A stretch of DNA of 64,000 bases from Alphaproteobacteria bacterium (lineage in GTDB: Bacteria; Pseudomonadota; Alphaproteobacteria; Rhodobacterales; Rhodobacteraceae). The notes below the pieces were generated by a model. It was not told the origin of the DNA and ran no database searches. It was given only the letters and a program-made list of their open reading frames with translations. Numbering within the stretch: position 1 is the first letter of the stretch; the number at the start of each line of letters is the position of its first letter. Positions 19,895-29,862 of the stretch are shown piece by piece. The position numbers and the translations under genes are program-made. The DNA is taken from assembly GCA_030428355.1 (NCBI GenBank), contig JAUIBL010000013.1, positions 13,849 to 77,848 on the forward strand, written 5' to 3'.

Positions 19895-21979
19895 ATGAAA
19901 GACAGCTACGACGGCCCCATTCTCGAGATCGACAGCCTGTCGATTTCCTTCTTCACCCGGCTGCGGGAAATTCCGGCGGTGATGGATTTCTCCGTCCGGG
20001 TCATGCCGGGCGAGGCGGTGGGCCTTGTGGGCGAGTCGGGCTGCGGCAAATCCACCGTGGCGCTGGGCGTGATGCAGGATCTGGGCAAGAACGGGCGCAT
20101 CGTCGGCGGGTCGATCAAGTTCAAGGGACGCGACCTGAACGAGATGAGCCAGGAAGAGCTGCGCACGATCCGCGGATCGGAGATCGCGATGATCTATCAG
20201 GAGCCGATGGCCTCGCTCAATCCCGCGATGAAGATCGGCCGACAGTTGATGGAAGTGCCGATGATCCATCGCGGATCGTCCGAGAAAGAGGCCTATGAGC
20301 GTGCGCTGCAGGTGGTCACGGATGTGAAACTGCCGGACCCGGCGCGGATTCTCGATGCCTATCCGCACCAGTTGTCCGGCGGCCAGCAACAGCGCATCGT
20401 GATTGCCATGGCGCTGATGGCCGAGCCGTCGCTACTCATCCTCGACGAGCCGACCACGGCGCTTGACGTGACAGTCGAGGCGGCAGTGGTCGAACTGGTC
20501 AAGGAACTGGGCAAGAAATACGGCACCTCGATGCTGTTTATCAGCCACAACCTTGGTCTTGTTCTGGAAACCTGCGACCGGCTCTGTGTGATGTATTCCG
20601 GCGAAGCGGTAGAACGCGGGTCGATCAAGGATGTGTTCGACGAGATGCAGCACCCTTATACGCAGGCGCTCTTCCGGTCGATCCCCCTGCCCGGTGCCGA
20701 CAAGAACGCGCGCCCCCTGCGCGCCATTCCGGGCAACTTTCCCCTGCCGCATGAACGGCCCAAGGGCTGCAATTTCGGACCGCGTTGCGATTACTTCGAG
20801 GCTGGCCGCTGCGACGCGGGCGACATCAAGATGTTCGACGTTCCGGGCAATGAACGCCACGCGACCCGCTGCCTGCGCTTTCAGGAGATCGACTGGCAGG
20901 CGCCGACGGAGGCTGGCGACACAACGCAGAAATCCGAGCCGGGGCGTGTTGTTCTCAAGATGGACAACCTCAAGAAATACTACGAGGTCGCGGCCAACGC
21001 GCTTTTCGGCAAGCGCGGCGACACCAAGGTGGTCAAGGCCAACGAGACCCTGAGCTTCGAAGCGCGCGAATCCGAGACATTGGCCATCGTCGGCGAATCC
21101 GGCTGCGGCAAATCCACCTTTGCCAAGGTGTTGATGGGGCTGGAGACCGCGACGGACGGGCAAATCCTGCTCGACAATCGCAACATCGAAAGCACGCCCA
21201 TCGAAGGCCGGGACACCCAGACCATCGCGGATGTGCAGATGGTGTTCCAAAACCCGTTCGACACGCTCAACCCGTCGATGACCGTGGGGCGTCAGATCAT
21301 CCGCGCGCTCGAAGTGTTCGGCGTCGGCAAAAACGACGCAGAGCGGCGCGAGCGGATGTTGCAACTGCTGGATCTCGTGAAACTGCCCCGCGCCTTTGCC
21401 GAACGCATGCCGCGCCAATTGTCAGGTGGTCAGAAACAGCGCGTCGGCATCGCCCGCGCCTTTGCCGGGAATGCCCGGATCGTGGTGGCGGATGAACCGG
21501 TATCGGCGCTGGACGTGTCGGTTCAGGCGGCGGTGACGGATCTGCTGATGGAGATCCAGCGCGAACAGAAAACCACGCTGCTGTTCATCAGCCATGACCT
21601 GAGCATCGTGCGCTATCTGTCTGATCGCGTTATGGTCATGTACCTTGGTCATGTGGTGGAGCTGGGTACGACTGATCAGGTCTTTGCCCCCCCCTACCAC
21701 CCCTATACCGAGGCGCTTCTGTCAGCCGTGCCGATCGCCGACACGCGGGTGACGAAAAAGCATATCGTGCTGGAGGGCGATATTCCCTCGGCCATGAACC
21801 CGCCGCCGGGTTGTCCGTTCCAGACGCGCTGCCGGTGGAAATCGCAGGTTCCGGGGGGATTGTGCGAAAAGGAAGTGCCCCCCATGCGCCAATTGGGGGA
21901 CGGGCATCAGGTGAAATGTCATCTGAGCGAGGCCGATCTGGCCAGCATGGAGCCTGTGATCCAGATCGCGGCCGAGTGA
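19895..21979 (+). CDS. ABC transporter ATP-binding protein (fused DppD/DppF)
   Basis: Two GESGCGKS Walker A motifs, two LSGGQ signatures, two HPYT/Cys-rich C-terminal modules. Confidence 0.95.
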   Translation: MKDSYDGPILEIDSLSISFFTRLREIPAVMDFSVRVMPGEAVGLVGESGCGKSTVALGVMQDLGKNGRIVGGSIKFKGRDLNEMSQEELRTIRGSEIAMIYQEPMASLNPAMKIGRQLMEVPMIHRGSSEKEAYERALQVVTDVKLPDPARILDAYPHQLSGGQQQRIVIAMALMAEPSLLILDEPTTALDVTVEAAVVELVKELGKKYGTSMLFISHNLGLVLETCDRLCVMYSGEAVERGSIKDVFDEMQHPYTQALFRSIPLPGADKNARPLRAIPGNFPLPHERPKGCNFGPRCDYFEAGRCDAGDIKMFDVPGNERHATRCLRFQEIDWQAPTEAGDTTQKSEPGRVVLKMDNLKKYYEVAANALFGKRGDTKVVKANETLSFEARESETLAIVGESGCGKSTFAKVLMGLETATDGQILLDNRNIESTPIEGRDTQTIADVQMVFQNPFDTLNPSMTVGRQIIRALEVFGVGKNDAERRERMLQLLDLVKLPRAFAERMPRQLSGGQKQRVGIARAFAGNARIVVADEPVSALDVSVQAAVTDLLMEIQREQKTTLLFISHDLSIVRYLSDRVMVMYLGHVVELGTTDQVFAPPYHPYTEALLSAVPIADTRVTKKHIVLEGDIPSAMNPPPGCPFQTRCRWKSQVPGGLCEKEVPPMRQLGDGHQVKCHLSEADLASMEPVIQIAAE

Positions 21980-22070
21980 CCCGTCACGTTTCGGGCACAG
22001 GCTTCGTGTGCGCGGGGCAGACTGCGGAGACGTGACACGCTGGACAGTGCCCCGTCTCAGGAGCGCAGGA

Positions 22071-22259
22071 TCAGTTCGCCAGGAAATCCTGGGCCGTCAG
22101 GACAGCGGCGGCTGTGGCGTCGGTCACCGTTTCGGTGTTGTCCGCCAATGCCACGAAGGTGAGCATGGCAATGGCGACCACGCCCGCCGTCAAAACCACC
22201 CAATCCACTGTGACTGCGCCGGATTCGTCGGCGCAAAAACTCTTGATGAATCCCATCAT
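22071..22259 (-). CDS. Flp/Tad-type pilin-like protein
   Basis: MMGFIKSFCADESGAVTVDWVVLTAGVV...: prepilin-like G|AVTVDW followed by a hydrophobic helix; GGAGAG RBS. Confidence 0.8.
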   Translation of the reverse strand: MMGFIKSFCADESGAVTVDWVVLTAGVVAIAMLTFVALADNTETVTDATAAAVLTAQDFLAN

Positions 22260-22496
22260 GCCACTCTCCATTCTCGGCAAACCGACATCGTTTCCCTGTC
22301 CGGGACAAGCCACTCGTCGGTCTGGCTACATTTACCGTTTCTGATCAGAGTTCTGGCGTCCGAATGGGGCAGCAGTTTGACGCGAAACGCGCGGTTTCTG
22401 AATCAATGGGGGAAACATCAAGGCAGACGCCGCAGAGCAGCGTCGCAATTTCACGAAACCGCAACAATCAGGCGCAAATGTCCGAATTGGATCGGT

Positions 22497-23114
22497 TCAG
22501 CGACCCCAGATCTTCTTGACGTAATCGCGGGTTTCGCGGAACGGCGGGATGCCCTTGTGCTTTTCCACGGCACCGGGCCCCGCATTGTAGGCCGCCAGCG
22601 CCAGCGGCCATTGCCCGAACTTGCGGTATTGTTCTTTCAGATAGCGTGCGCCGCCATCGAGGTTCTCGGCCGGATCATTGGGGTCCACGCGCAGGTATTG
22701 CGCGGTGCCCGGCATCAGTTGCGCAAGGCCGATGGCCCCTTTGTGGGAACGGGCATTCGGGTTGAAATTGCTTTCCTGCTGCACAAGTCGCAGAAACAGG
22801 TCTTCGGGGATACCGTGGCGGCGCGCCGCATCGCGGGCCATACCGGCATAGACGCCCGCATAGCGGCCGCGGTACTTCGGAACCGGGCCATCTACACCTG
22901 CATCGCCCCATTTCGTCGGCGTCACGACCTTGGGCGGCTGCAACCGCACCGAGCTTTTGTATTGCTGCGCCGCACGCGAGTCCAAGACTTTGGTCTTGCT
23001 CGAAAAAAGCGCCACGCGGCTCTTGCTGGACAACACTTCGGCGCTGACGGCGCCCGCACTCATCATTACGGCGATACTGACAGCCGCAACAAATCTCTGT
23101 CCTGTTGTTCGCAT
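22497..23114 (-). CDS. Lytic transglycosylase (SLT domain)
   Basis: [34 protein letters not shown]; signal peptide. Confidence 0.93.
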   Translation of the reverse strand: MRTTGQRFVAAVSIAVMMSAGAVSAEVLSSKSRVALFSSKTKVLDSRAAQQYKSSVRLQPPKVVTPTKWGDAGVDGPVPKYRGRYAGVYAGMARDAARRHGIPEDLFLRLVQQESNFNPNARSHKGAIGLAQLMPGTAQYLRVDPNDPAENLDGGARYLKEQYRKFGQWPLALAAYNAGPGAVEKHKGIPPFRETRDYVKKIWGR

Positions 23115-23326
23115 AAATGCTCACGCCCCACGTTGAGATTTCGAAGGCTTATAGTCGGGAATCGCTGTCCATACCAGTCTTGGTTGCTCATCATTTGTTA
23201 ACCACAAGCTGATGGAATGGCGGGACCGTGCTGTACGGATAGCGGATGGCAATCCGGCAAGCCGCTGGTGTAGGGTCACGGGAACGGCGCAAGGCGTCAC
23301 AGATTCGAACTCAAGATGGGGGAAAC

Positions 23327-23848
23327 ATGGCCGGCTCAGTCAACAAGGTCATCATCGTCGGCAATCTTGGCCGCGATCCGGAAGTGCGCACATTCCAGAA
23401 CGGCGGCAAGGTGTGCAACCTGCGGATCGCCACGTCCGAGACCTGGAAAGACCGCAACACCGGCGAACGCAAGGAACGTACGGAATGGCACAGCGTCGCC
23501 ATTTTCTCCGAACCTCTTGCCCGCATCGCCGAGCAGTATCTGCGCAAGGGATCGAAGGTCTATATCGAAGGCCAGCTCGAAACCCGCAAATGGCAGGACC
23601 AATCCGGTCAGGACCGCTACACGACCGAAGTGGTGCTGCGCCCGTATCGTGGGGAACTGACGCTGCTTGACGGCCGTGATGGCGGCGGCGGTGGCGGCAA
23701 CTACGGCGGCGGCGGCAGCAGCGGTGGCGATTATGGCGGGGATTACGGCGGCGGCTATGGCGGTGACGATTACGGCCGCTCCAGTGGCGGTGGCAGCGGC
23801 CCGGCCCGTGCGCCAGCGCGGGACATCGACGACGAAATCCCGTTCTGA
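23327..23848 (+). CDS. ssb: Single-stranded DNA-binding protein
   Basis: [19 protein letters not shown], Gly-rich linker, terminal DDEIPF. Confidence 0.97.
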   Translation: MAGSVNKVIIVGNLGRDPEVRTFQNGGKVCNLRIATSETWKDRNTGERKERTEWHSVAIFSEPLARIAEQYLRKGSKVYIEGQLETRKWQDQSGQDRYTTEVVLRPYRGELTLLDGRDGGGGGGNYGGGGSSGGDYGGDYGGGYGGDDYGRSSGGGSGPARAPARDIDDEIPF

Positions 23849-23852
23849 CCCC

Positions 23853-23877
23853 AAAGCGCCCTCCGGGGCGCTTTTTT
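23853..23877. terminator. Intrinsic terminator after ssb (possibly bidirectional)
   Basis: AAAGCGCC-ctccgg-GGCGCTTTTTT between convergent ssb and aroB. Confidence 0.75.
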
Positions 23878-23909
23878 ACCGTTTGGTCAAATTTTACCGT
23901 TGCTCAGGT

Positions 23910-25022
23910 TCACCGCGCGGACAGGGCGTCCTGAAGCAAGGTCAGCACCGTGCCTGAGGGCACATCCGACGTGACGAAAGCCTCGCCGATGCCGCGCGCA
24001 AGTATAAAGCGCAACTGTCCGTCGATGACCTTCTTGTCCTGCCCCATCAGGTCGAGCAAAGCCTGCGCATCCGGCAGATCGCCCGCGACGTCGGCCAGGG
24101 TGACCTTCATCCCCATCGTGGCGAGCATCTCGCGCACGCGGCTTGGTTCTTCCTGCGCGCACAGCCCCAGGCGCGAGGACAGCTCGAACGCCAGGGCACA
24201 GCCAATGGCGACACCTTCGCCGTGCAGCAGCCGGTCGGAATAGCCGGTTGCGGCCTCGAACGCATGGCAGAACGTGTGTCCAAGGTTCAACAGCGCCCGG
24301 TCGCCCTGTTCGGTTTCATCCCGCACCACAATCTCGGCCTTCATTTCGACCGAGCGCCTGACGGCATGGGCCAGCGCCTCGGAGTCGCGCGCGGTGATGC
24401 GGGCGGCGTTCGCAACCTGCCAGTCAAAGAACCCGGCATCGCCCAGCAGCCCGTATTTGACCACCTCGCCGTAACCCGCAAGGAAATCGCGGTCAGGCAA
24501 GGAATTCAGCACCGATATATCCGCCAGCACCAGCGACGGTTGGTGAAACGCCCCGATCAGGTTTTTGCCCTGTGGCGCATTGATCCCGGTCTTGCCGCCC
24601 ACCGAACTGTCCACCTGCGCCAGAAGCGAGGTCGGGATCTGCACGAACCGCACCCCACGGCGCAGCACGGCGGCCGCGAACCCGACCAGATCCCCGATCA
24701 CCCCGCCGCCCAAGGCAATCACCACGTCCCGGCGTTCGATCTTCTGCTCCAGCAGCCATTCGACCGTGCGTTCGAATTGCGGCCAGCCCTTGGTGCTTTC
24801 CCCAGCGGGCAATGTCAGACTGACCGAAGCGATGCCCTCCGCCGCCAGCGCGGTTTCCAGCGCGGCCAGATGCAATGCCGCGACATGTGCATCGGTCACG
24901 ATCGCGACACGCGGGCGTTTCAGAAGCGGTGCGATTTCGGTCCCGGCGCGCGCCAGCAGATCGGGACCGATGCGCACGTCATAGGCGCGGCCCTCCAGGG
25001 GCACGTGTACGGTTTCGATCAT
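23910..25022 (-). CDS. aroB: 3-dehydroquinate synthase
   Basis: GGGVIGDL, PTSLLAQVDSSVGGKTG, LNLGHTF, LLHGEGV. Confidence 0.97.
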   Translation of the reverse strand: MIETVHVPLEGRAYDVRIGPDLLARAGTEIAPLLKRPRVAIVTDAHVAALHLAALETALAAEGIASVSLTLPAGESTKGWPQFERTVEWLLEQKIERRDVVIALGGGVIGDLVGFAAAVLRRGVRFVQIPTSLLAQVDSSVGGKTGINAPQGKNLIGAFHQPSLVLADISVLNSLPDRDFLAGYGEVVKYGLLGDAGFFDWQVANAARITARDSEALAHAVRRSVEMKAEIVVRDETEQGDRALLNLGHTFCHAFEAATGYSDRLLHGEGVAIGCALAFELSSRLGLCAQEEPSRVREMLATMGMKVTLADVAGDLPDAQALLDLMGQDKKVIDGQLRFILARGIGEAFVTSDVPSGTVLTLLQDALSAR

Positions 25023-25567
25023 GCCTGTACCTCCAACACATCCGGGCGGGTCTTCAGCGCCTCGATCACCCGTTTCGCCATGTCGTCGATCGACAGGCCG
25101 GGTTCCGACAGAACGCTCAGGTCCGCTTTGGCATAGACCGGCACCCGCTCTTCATAAAGCCGCGTCAGCGCCCCCAGAGGATCGGGCACGCGCAACAGCG
25201 GGCGCGTGTCCTTGTGGCGGACGCGCTGCCACAGCAGATCGAGATCGGCATTAAGCCACACGGCCACGCCCTTTTTGGTGATGATGTCCCGGTTCTCCTG
25301 CGCCATGTAGGCCCCGCCCCCGGTCGACAGCACCCCCTTTTCGCGGTCCAGCAGGCGCGAAATGATCTGCCGTTCCTTGATCCGGAAAAACGGCTCTCCG
25401 TCCCGCTCGAAGATCTCGGGGATCGTCATGTTGGCGGCTTTTTCGATCTCGGCATCCGAATCAAGGAACGGCGCATGCAGCATCCCGGCCAAAGCCTTGC
25501 CGACAGCGGTTTTGCCCGCGCCCATCATGCCGACAAGAACGACGGTTTTCTTCAGTCTTGCCTGCAT
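25019..25567 (-). CDS. aroK: Shikimate kinase
   Basis: VGMMGAGKT, GEPFFR, STGGG, RPLL; start MQARLKK. Confidence 0.95.
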   Translation of the reverse strand: MQARLKKTVVLVGMMGAGKTAVGKALAGMLHAPFLDSDAEIEKAANMTIPEIFERDGEPFFRIKERQIISRLLDREKGVLSTGGGAYMAQENRDIITKKGVAVWLNADLDLLWQRVRHKDTRPLLRVPDPLGALTRLYEERVPVYAKADLSVLSEPGLSIDDMAKRVIEALKTRPDVLEVQA

Positions 25568-25699
25568 TGCCCCTGACAGACCCCTTGTTTCTCGGCCAAG
25601 TGCCGCCAATTTTCTGCTATCCGCCGTTGAATGACGTGAACTTGGATAAAAGGCCAGTTATAACTTCGAAAAAATTGACGAGGCAGGGCAAGGGTCGAC

Positions 25700-25849
25700 A
25701 TGGGGCGCATCATCAAATGGCTGATCTATCTGGGCGTGCTCGGCGCGGTGGCACTTGTGGCCTATGCCTATGTGGGGCCGTATTTCGGCGCGGATTTCTC
25801 GCCGCCGCAGACGGAAGTCAGAAAGCCCGTGACACTGGATGCAGATTAA
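25700..25849 (+). CDS. Small single-TM hypothetical protein (49 aa)
   Basis: Manual translation MGRIIKWLIYLGVLGAVALVAYAYVGPYFGADFSPPQTEVRKPVTLDAD*; below ORF-track cutoff; stop overlaps next gene. Confidence 0.72.
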   Translation: MGRIIKWLIYLGVLGAVALVAYAYVGPYFGADFSPPQTEVRKPVTLDAD

Positions 25850-27398
25850 GCCGCTCCTTCTGATCCTGGCCGCCACCGCCGGGCCTGTCATCGCTCAGGA
25901 CGTGCAGTCCGACCAACCGCTTTCCGCCATCGACTGGCTTGCCGTGCAGCGCAACGCACCGCCGGTGATCGACGCTCCGGTGCAATCGCCGGTCGCGCAA
26001 AGCGCCGCTGTACCGGACATCGACGTGCAGGCTCTGGACGCGCCGGGGGTCGGAGGTGTCGGTCTGCTGTCGACTGCCGTGACCGGCCTGCCGACAACGC
26101 TGTGGCAAGGCAGCAGCGAAGCCGATCTGCGCACGGCAATCGACCGGCTGCAGACCCGCCGTCCTGCGGTTCCGGCCCTGACCGGGCTTCTGCATGTCCT
26201 GATGCTGGCCGAGGCGGATCCCCCCTCAGGTTCCACGGGCGACGCGCTGCTGCAGGCGCGTGTCACCCTGCTGTACCAGCACGGTCTTGTGGCCCCCGCA
26301 GAGGCACTGCTGGAAAGGGCCGGTACCCTGACACCCGGATTGTTCGACCTGGCGTTCGATCTGGCGCTGCTGACCGGCTCGGACGAGGCGTTGTGCAACG
26401 TCCTTATCGGAACCCCCAGTCTCAGCACCGACCTGCCCACCCGCATCTGGTGCGCCACCCGCAACGGGGACTACGCCCACGCGATCACGATCTATCAGAC
26501 CGGCGTTGCCCTTCGGCAACTCTCGGACCTGGATGCGGAACTGCTGCTGCGCTTTCTCGACCCGGAATACAGCGAAGACGCAGAGCCGGTGCAACCGCCC
26601 GTGCGTCCGACGCCGCTGCAATTCCGGCTGTTCGAAGCCATCGGCGAGGCGCTTCCCACCACACCACTGCCCCTGCCCTTTGCCGTGGTCGAACTGTCCG
26701 GCGATACCGGCTGGCGCGCGCAGTTGCAGGCCGCTGAACGGCTGGCCCGCGTCGGCGCCATCGACGGCAATCAACTGCTGGGCGTCTACACCGCGCAGCG
26801 CCGCGCCGCATCCGGTGGCATCTGGGACCGGGTCGAGTCCCTGCAACGCTTCGAGACCGCCCTGTCGGTCGGCGATCCGGGCGCGATCTCTTCGGCGCTT
26901 GAAGGGGTCTGGCCGCAGATGCGGACCGCCGGGCTGCTGGTCCCGTTTTCCAACCTCTTTGCATCCCGGCTGCAGGGACTGCCCCTGTCCGCACGGGCGC
27001 AAAGCATCGCGGCAACAGCCGGGTTTCTGTCGGATGGCTACGAAGCCCACGCCCGCGCCCTGTCGGACAGCCCGGATCGCAACCTTGCCTTTCTTGCGGC
27101 GCTGGCACAGGGGCAGTCGCCAGGGCAGACCCCGCCCGATCTGCCGCATGCCGCGGCCCTCGCCGCAGCCTGGAGCGGTCCGGCACAAGCCCCAGACGGT
27201 CTGGCCGCCCTTCCGGGACAGAACCGCCTCGGAGAAGCGCTGCTGCAGGCGATCCTGAGCTTCGACGCAGGCGCCGACGGGCATGACGCCGCCCTGACCG
27301 AGGCGCTGCACACCCTGCGCGCCTTTGGGCTTGAGGACACCGCCCGGCGGTCCGCCCTGCAGATCGCCATTCTTGACATGGAAGGCGCGCGCAGATGA
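25839..27398 (+). CDS. Exported hypothetical protein upstream of xerD
   Basis: Signal peptide, PLSAIDWL, TGLPTTLW; Ala/Leu-rich helical; ATGA overlap with xerD. Confidence 0.8.
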   Translation: MQIKPLLLILAATAGPVIAQDVQSDQPLSAIDWLAVQRNAPPVIDAPVQSPVAQSAAVPDIDVQALDAPGVGGVGLLSTAVTGLPTTLWQGSSEADLRTAIDRLQTRRPAVPALTGLLHVLMLAEADPPSGSTGDALLQARVTLLYQHGLVAPAEALLERAGTLTPGLFDLAFDLALLTGSDEALCNVLIGTPSLSTDLPTRIWCATRNGDYAHAITIYQTGVALRQLSDLDAELLLRFLDPEYSEDAEPVQPPVRPTPLQFRLFEAIGEALPTTPLPLPFAVVELSGDTGWRAQLQAAERLARVGAIDGNQLLGVYTAQRRAASGGIWDRVESLQRFETALSVGDPGAISSALEGVWPQMRTAGLLVPFSNLFASRLQGLPLSARAQSIAATAGFLSDGYEAHARALSDSPDRNLAFLAALAQGQSPGQTPPDLPHAAALAAAWSGPAQAPDGLAALPGQNRLGEALLQAILSFDAGADGHDAALTEALHTLRAFGLEDTARRSALQIAILDMEGARR

Positions 27399-28321
27399 CC
27401 GACCGCCACTGGATCGCCGCCTTCCTCGATGCACAGGCCGCCGAACGCGGGGCGGCAACCAACACGCAACTCGCCTATGCCCGCGATCTGGCCGATGTCA
27501 GCGATTGGCTGGCGGGCCGCGACCTGTCGCTTGCCACCGCGCAGAAAGCCGATGTCGAGGCATACCTCATTCACTGCGACGCGCAGGGTCTGGCGAAATC
27601 GACCCGCGCGCGGCGGCTCTCTGCGATCAAGCAGCTCTATCGCTTCTGTTTTGAAGAAGGGTTCCGCGCCGACAATCCGGCTGTGCAGATCAGCGGACCG
27701 GGCCGCGACAAGCGCCTGCCCAAGACCCTGTCGACGGACGAAGTCGACCGCCTGCTTGACGCCGCTGCCGTGCATGGCCGCACCCCCGCCGAGCGGGAAC
27801 GCAACATGTGCCTGATGCACCTGCTCTATGCCACCGGCATGCGGGTGAGCGAGCTTGTTTCGCTCCCGCTTGCGTCGGCCAAGGGGGATCCGCGCATGCT
27901 GCTGATCCGCGGCAAGGGTGGCAAGGAACGCATGGTGCCGCTCTCGCCCCCGGCCCGCGCCGCGCTGCGCGCATGGCTCAAGACCCGAGAGGCGATGGAG
28001 GATGCCGCCCGCGCCGAAGGCAAACCCGCCTCGCCGCATCTGTTTCCATCGCGCGGCAAATCCGGGCACCTGACGCGGCACGCGTTCTATGTGCTGATCA
28101 AGGACCTCGCGGTGGAAGGCGGGGTGTCTCCCTCCAAGGTCACGCCCCATACGCTGCGGCATGCGTTTGCGACGCACCTGCTTGCCAACGGGGCCGACCT
28201 CCGGGCGATCCAGACCTTTCTCGGACATGCCGATGTCTCGACCACCGAGATCTACACCCATGTGCTGGAAGAACGGCTCCGGGAACTGGTGCTGGACCAC
28301 CACCCGCTGGCACGCGACTGA
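27395..28321 (+). CDS. xerD: Site-specific tyrosine recombinase XerD
   Basis: LYATGMRVSEL, GKGGKERMVP, TPHTLRHAFATHLL, LGHADVSTTEIYTH. Confidence 0.92.
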   Translation: MTDRHWIAAFLDAQAAERGAATNTQLAYARDLADVSDWLAGRDLSLATAQKADVEAYLIHCDAQGLAKSTRARRLSAIKQLYRFCFEEGFRADNPAVQISGPGRDKRLPKTLSTDEVDRLLDAAAVHGRTPAERERNMCLMHLLYATGMRVSELVSLPLASAKGDPRMLLIRGKGGKERMVPLSPPARAALRAWLKTREAMEDAARAEGKPASPHLFPSRGKSGHLTRHAFYVLIKDLAVEGGVSPSKVTPHTLRHAFATHLLANGADLRAIQTFLGHADVSTTEIYTHVLEERLRELVLDHHPLARD

Positions 28322-28389
28322 TCCGCAGCACTTGAACGTGCGGGGTCCTGACCCCATAACCACGTCACGTTTTCACAATGTTGGATCTT

Positions 28390-29706
28390 ATGGACCCCGC
28401 CTCGACGACGGCCGATGCCGCACTCTGGATCACCGCAGCCGCCATTCTTGGCCTGCTGGTTCTGTCCGCCTTTTTCAGCGGCTCTGAAACCGCGCTGACA
28501 GCCGCGTCGCGCGGCAAGCTGCGTTCGATGTCCGACAAGGGCTCCAAGGGGGCCGACCGGGCGCTGAAGATCACCGAGGACAACGAGCGGTTGATCGGCT
28601 CGGTCCTGCTGGGCAACAACCTTGTCAACATCCTCGCCACCTCGCTGGCCACCGCCCTCTTCACCCGGCTTTTCGGCGAATCCGGCGTGGCGCTCGCCAC
28701 CTTGGTGATGACCGTGCTTGTGCTGGTCTTTGCCGAGGTGCTGCCCAAGACCTATGCCATCACCAACCCCGAAACCGCCGCCAGCCGCGTATCGCCAGTG
28801 ATCCAACTGGTGATCACGATCTTCTCGCCCATCGTGGGGGCCGTGCGGATGCTGGTGCGCGGTGTGCTGAGCGTGTTCGGGGTCAAAACCGACCCCGACA
28901 GCCACATCCTTGCCGTGCGCGAGGAAATCGCCGGTGCGCTGCAGCTTGGCCATTCCGAAGGGGTGGTCGAAAAGGAAGACCGTGACCGTATTCTTGGCGC
29001 GCTTGATCTCAGCGAACGGACTGTGGAAGAGATCATGCTCCACCGCTCGGGCATCGAGATGATCGACGCCGACAATGATCCGCAGGACATCCTGCGCCAG
29101 TGTCTGGAATCGAACCATACGCGTCTGCCGGTCTATCGCGGCGATCCCGAGAACATCATCGGCGTGGTGCATGCAAAGGACCTTTTCCGCGCGATGTACC
29201 GCTTCATGCAGGAAAGCGACAAACCCGCCGAGGCGATGAGCAGCTTCAAGTTCGCGGACGTGGCAATGAAGCCTTACTTCATCCCCGACAGCACGTCGCT
29301 TGACGATCAGATGCGCCAGTTCCTGCGCCGCAGGACGCATTTTGCGCTGGTGGTGGATGAATACGGCGCCCTTCAGGGGCTGATCACGCTCGAGGATATT
29401 CTCGAGGAAATCGTGGGCGAGATCACCGACGAATTCGATCCTGATGGCAGCCAGACGGTCAAGCGCGGCGAGGACGGGAATTACTGGATCGACGGCGCGA
29501 TGACGATTCGCGACCTGAACCGGGCGCTCGACTGGTCGCTGCCGGATGACGAGGCCAACACGGTGGCCGGTCTGGTGATCCACGAGGCGCAGATGATCCC
29601 GACCATCGGTCAGGTCTTCAGCTTCCACGGCTTCCGCTTCGAGGTCATGGCGCGCGAGAACAACCGCATCACGGCGCTCAAGATCCGACCTTTGGCGGTG
29701 GAGTAA
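28390..29706 (+). CDS. HlyC/CorC (CNNM-CBS) family transporter
   Basis: SAFFSGSETAL, LLGNNLVN, EVLPK, CBS pair, VVDEYG, EDILEEIVGEI. Confidence 0.93.
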   Translation: MDPASTTADAALWITAAAILGLLVLSAFFSGSETALTAASRGKLRSMSDKGSKGADRALKITEDNERLIGSVLLGNNLVNILATSLATALFTRLFGESGVALATLVMTVLVLVFAEVLPKTYAITNPETAASRVSPVIQLVITIFSPIVGAVRMLVRGVLSVFGVKTDPDSHILAVREEIAGALQLGHSEGVVEKEDRDRILGALDLSERTVEEIMLHRSGIEMIDADNDPQDILRQCLESNHTRLPVYRGDPENIIGVVHAKDLFRAMYRFMQESDKPAEAMSSFKFADVAMKPYFIPDSTSLDDQMRQFLRRRTHFALVVDEYGALQGLITLEDILEEIVGEITDEFDPDGSQTVKRGEDGNYWIDGAMTIRDLNRALDWSLPDDEANTVAGLVIHEAQMIPTIGQVFSFHGFRFEVMARENNRITALKIRPLAVE

Positions 29707-29716
29707 CCGAGGGGCG

Positions 29717-29862
29717 CGCCAAACGCGCGGGCGCGTTTGGCGTTTCCGTTGACGGAAACGTTTTGGGGGACGTCCATTGGTGCGCCATTGGTTCAAGCCC
29801 AATGGGCGACGCCCCCGTCCGCCTTCGGCGGCCTCCCCCAAAGTATTTAAAACCCGAGAAGA
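29717..29862. repeat. Composite palindrome cluster plus REP-like element
   Basis: CGCCAAACGCGC-gg-GCGCGTTTGGCG; CGTTTCCGT-tg-ACGGAAACG; CCATTGG...CCAATGG; GGGCGacGCCCCC, CCGCC-ttc-GGCGG, CCCCCAAAGTATTT. Confidence 0.65.

Noticed and set aside
23680-23800. GGC-rich tandem repeats
   Set aside because: Ordinary Gly-rich linker of SSB
23874-23900. TTTTACCGTT direct repeat after the ssb terminator
   Set aside because: Two short copies between convergent genes, one built from the terminator T-run; no evident function
27395-28321. Tyrosine recombinase as a possible phage/ICE integrase
   Set aside because: XerD-type sequence in core aroK/corC context; no att repeats or mobile genes
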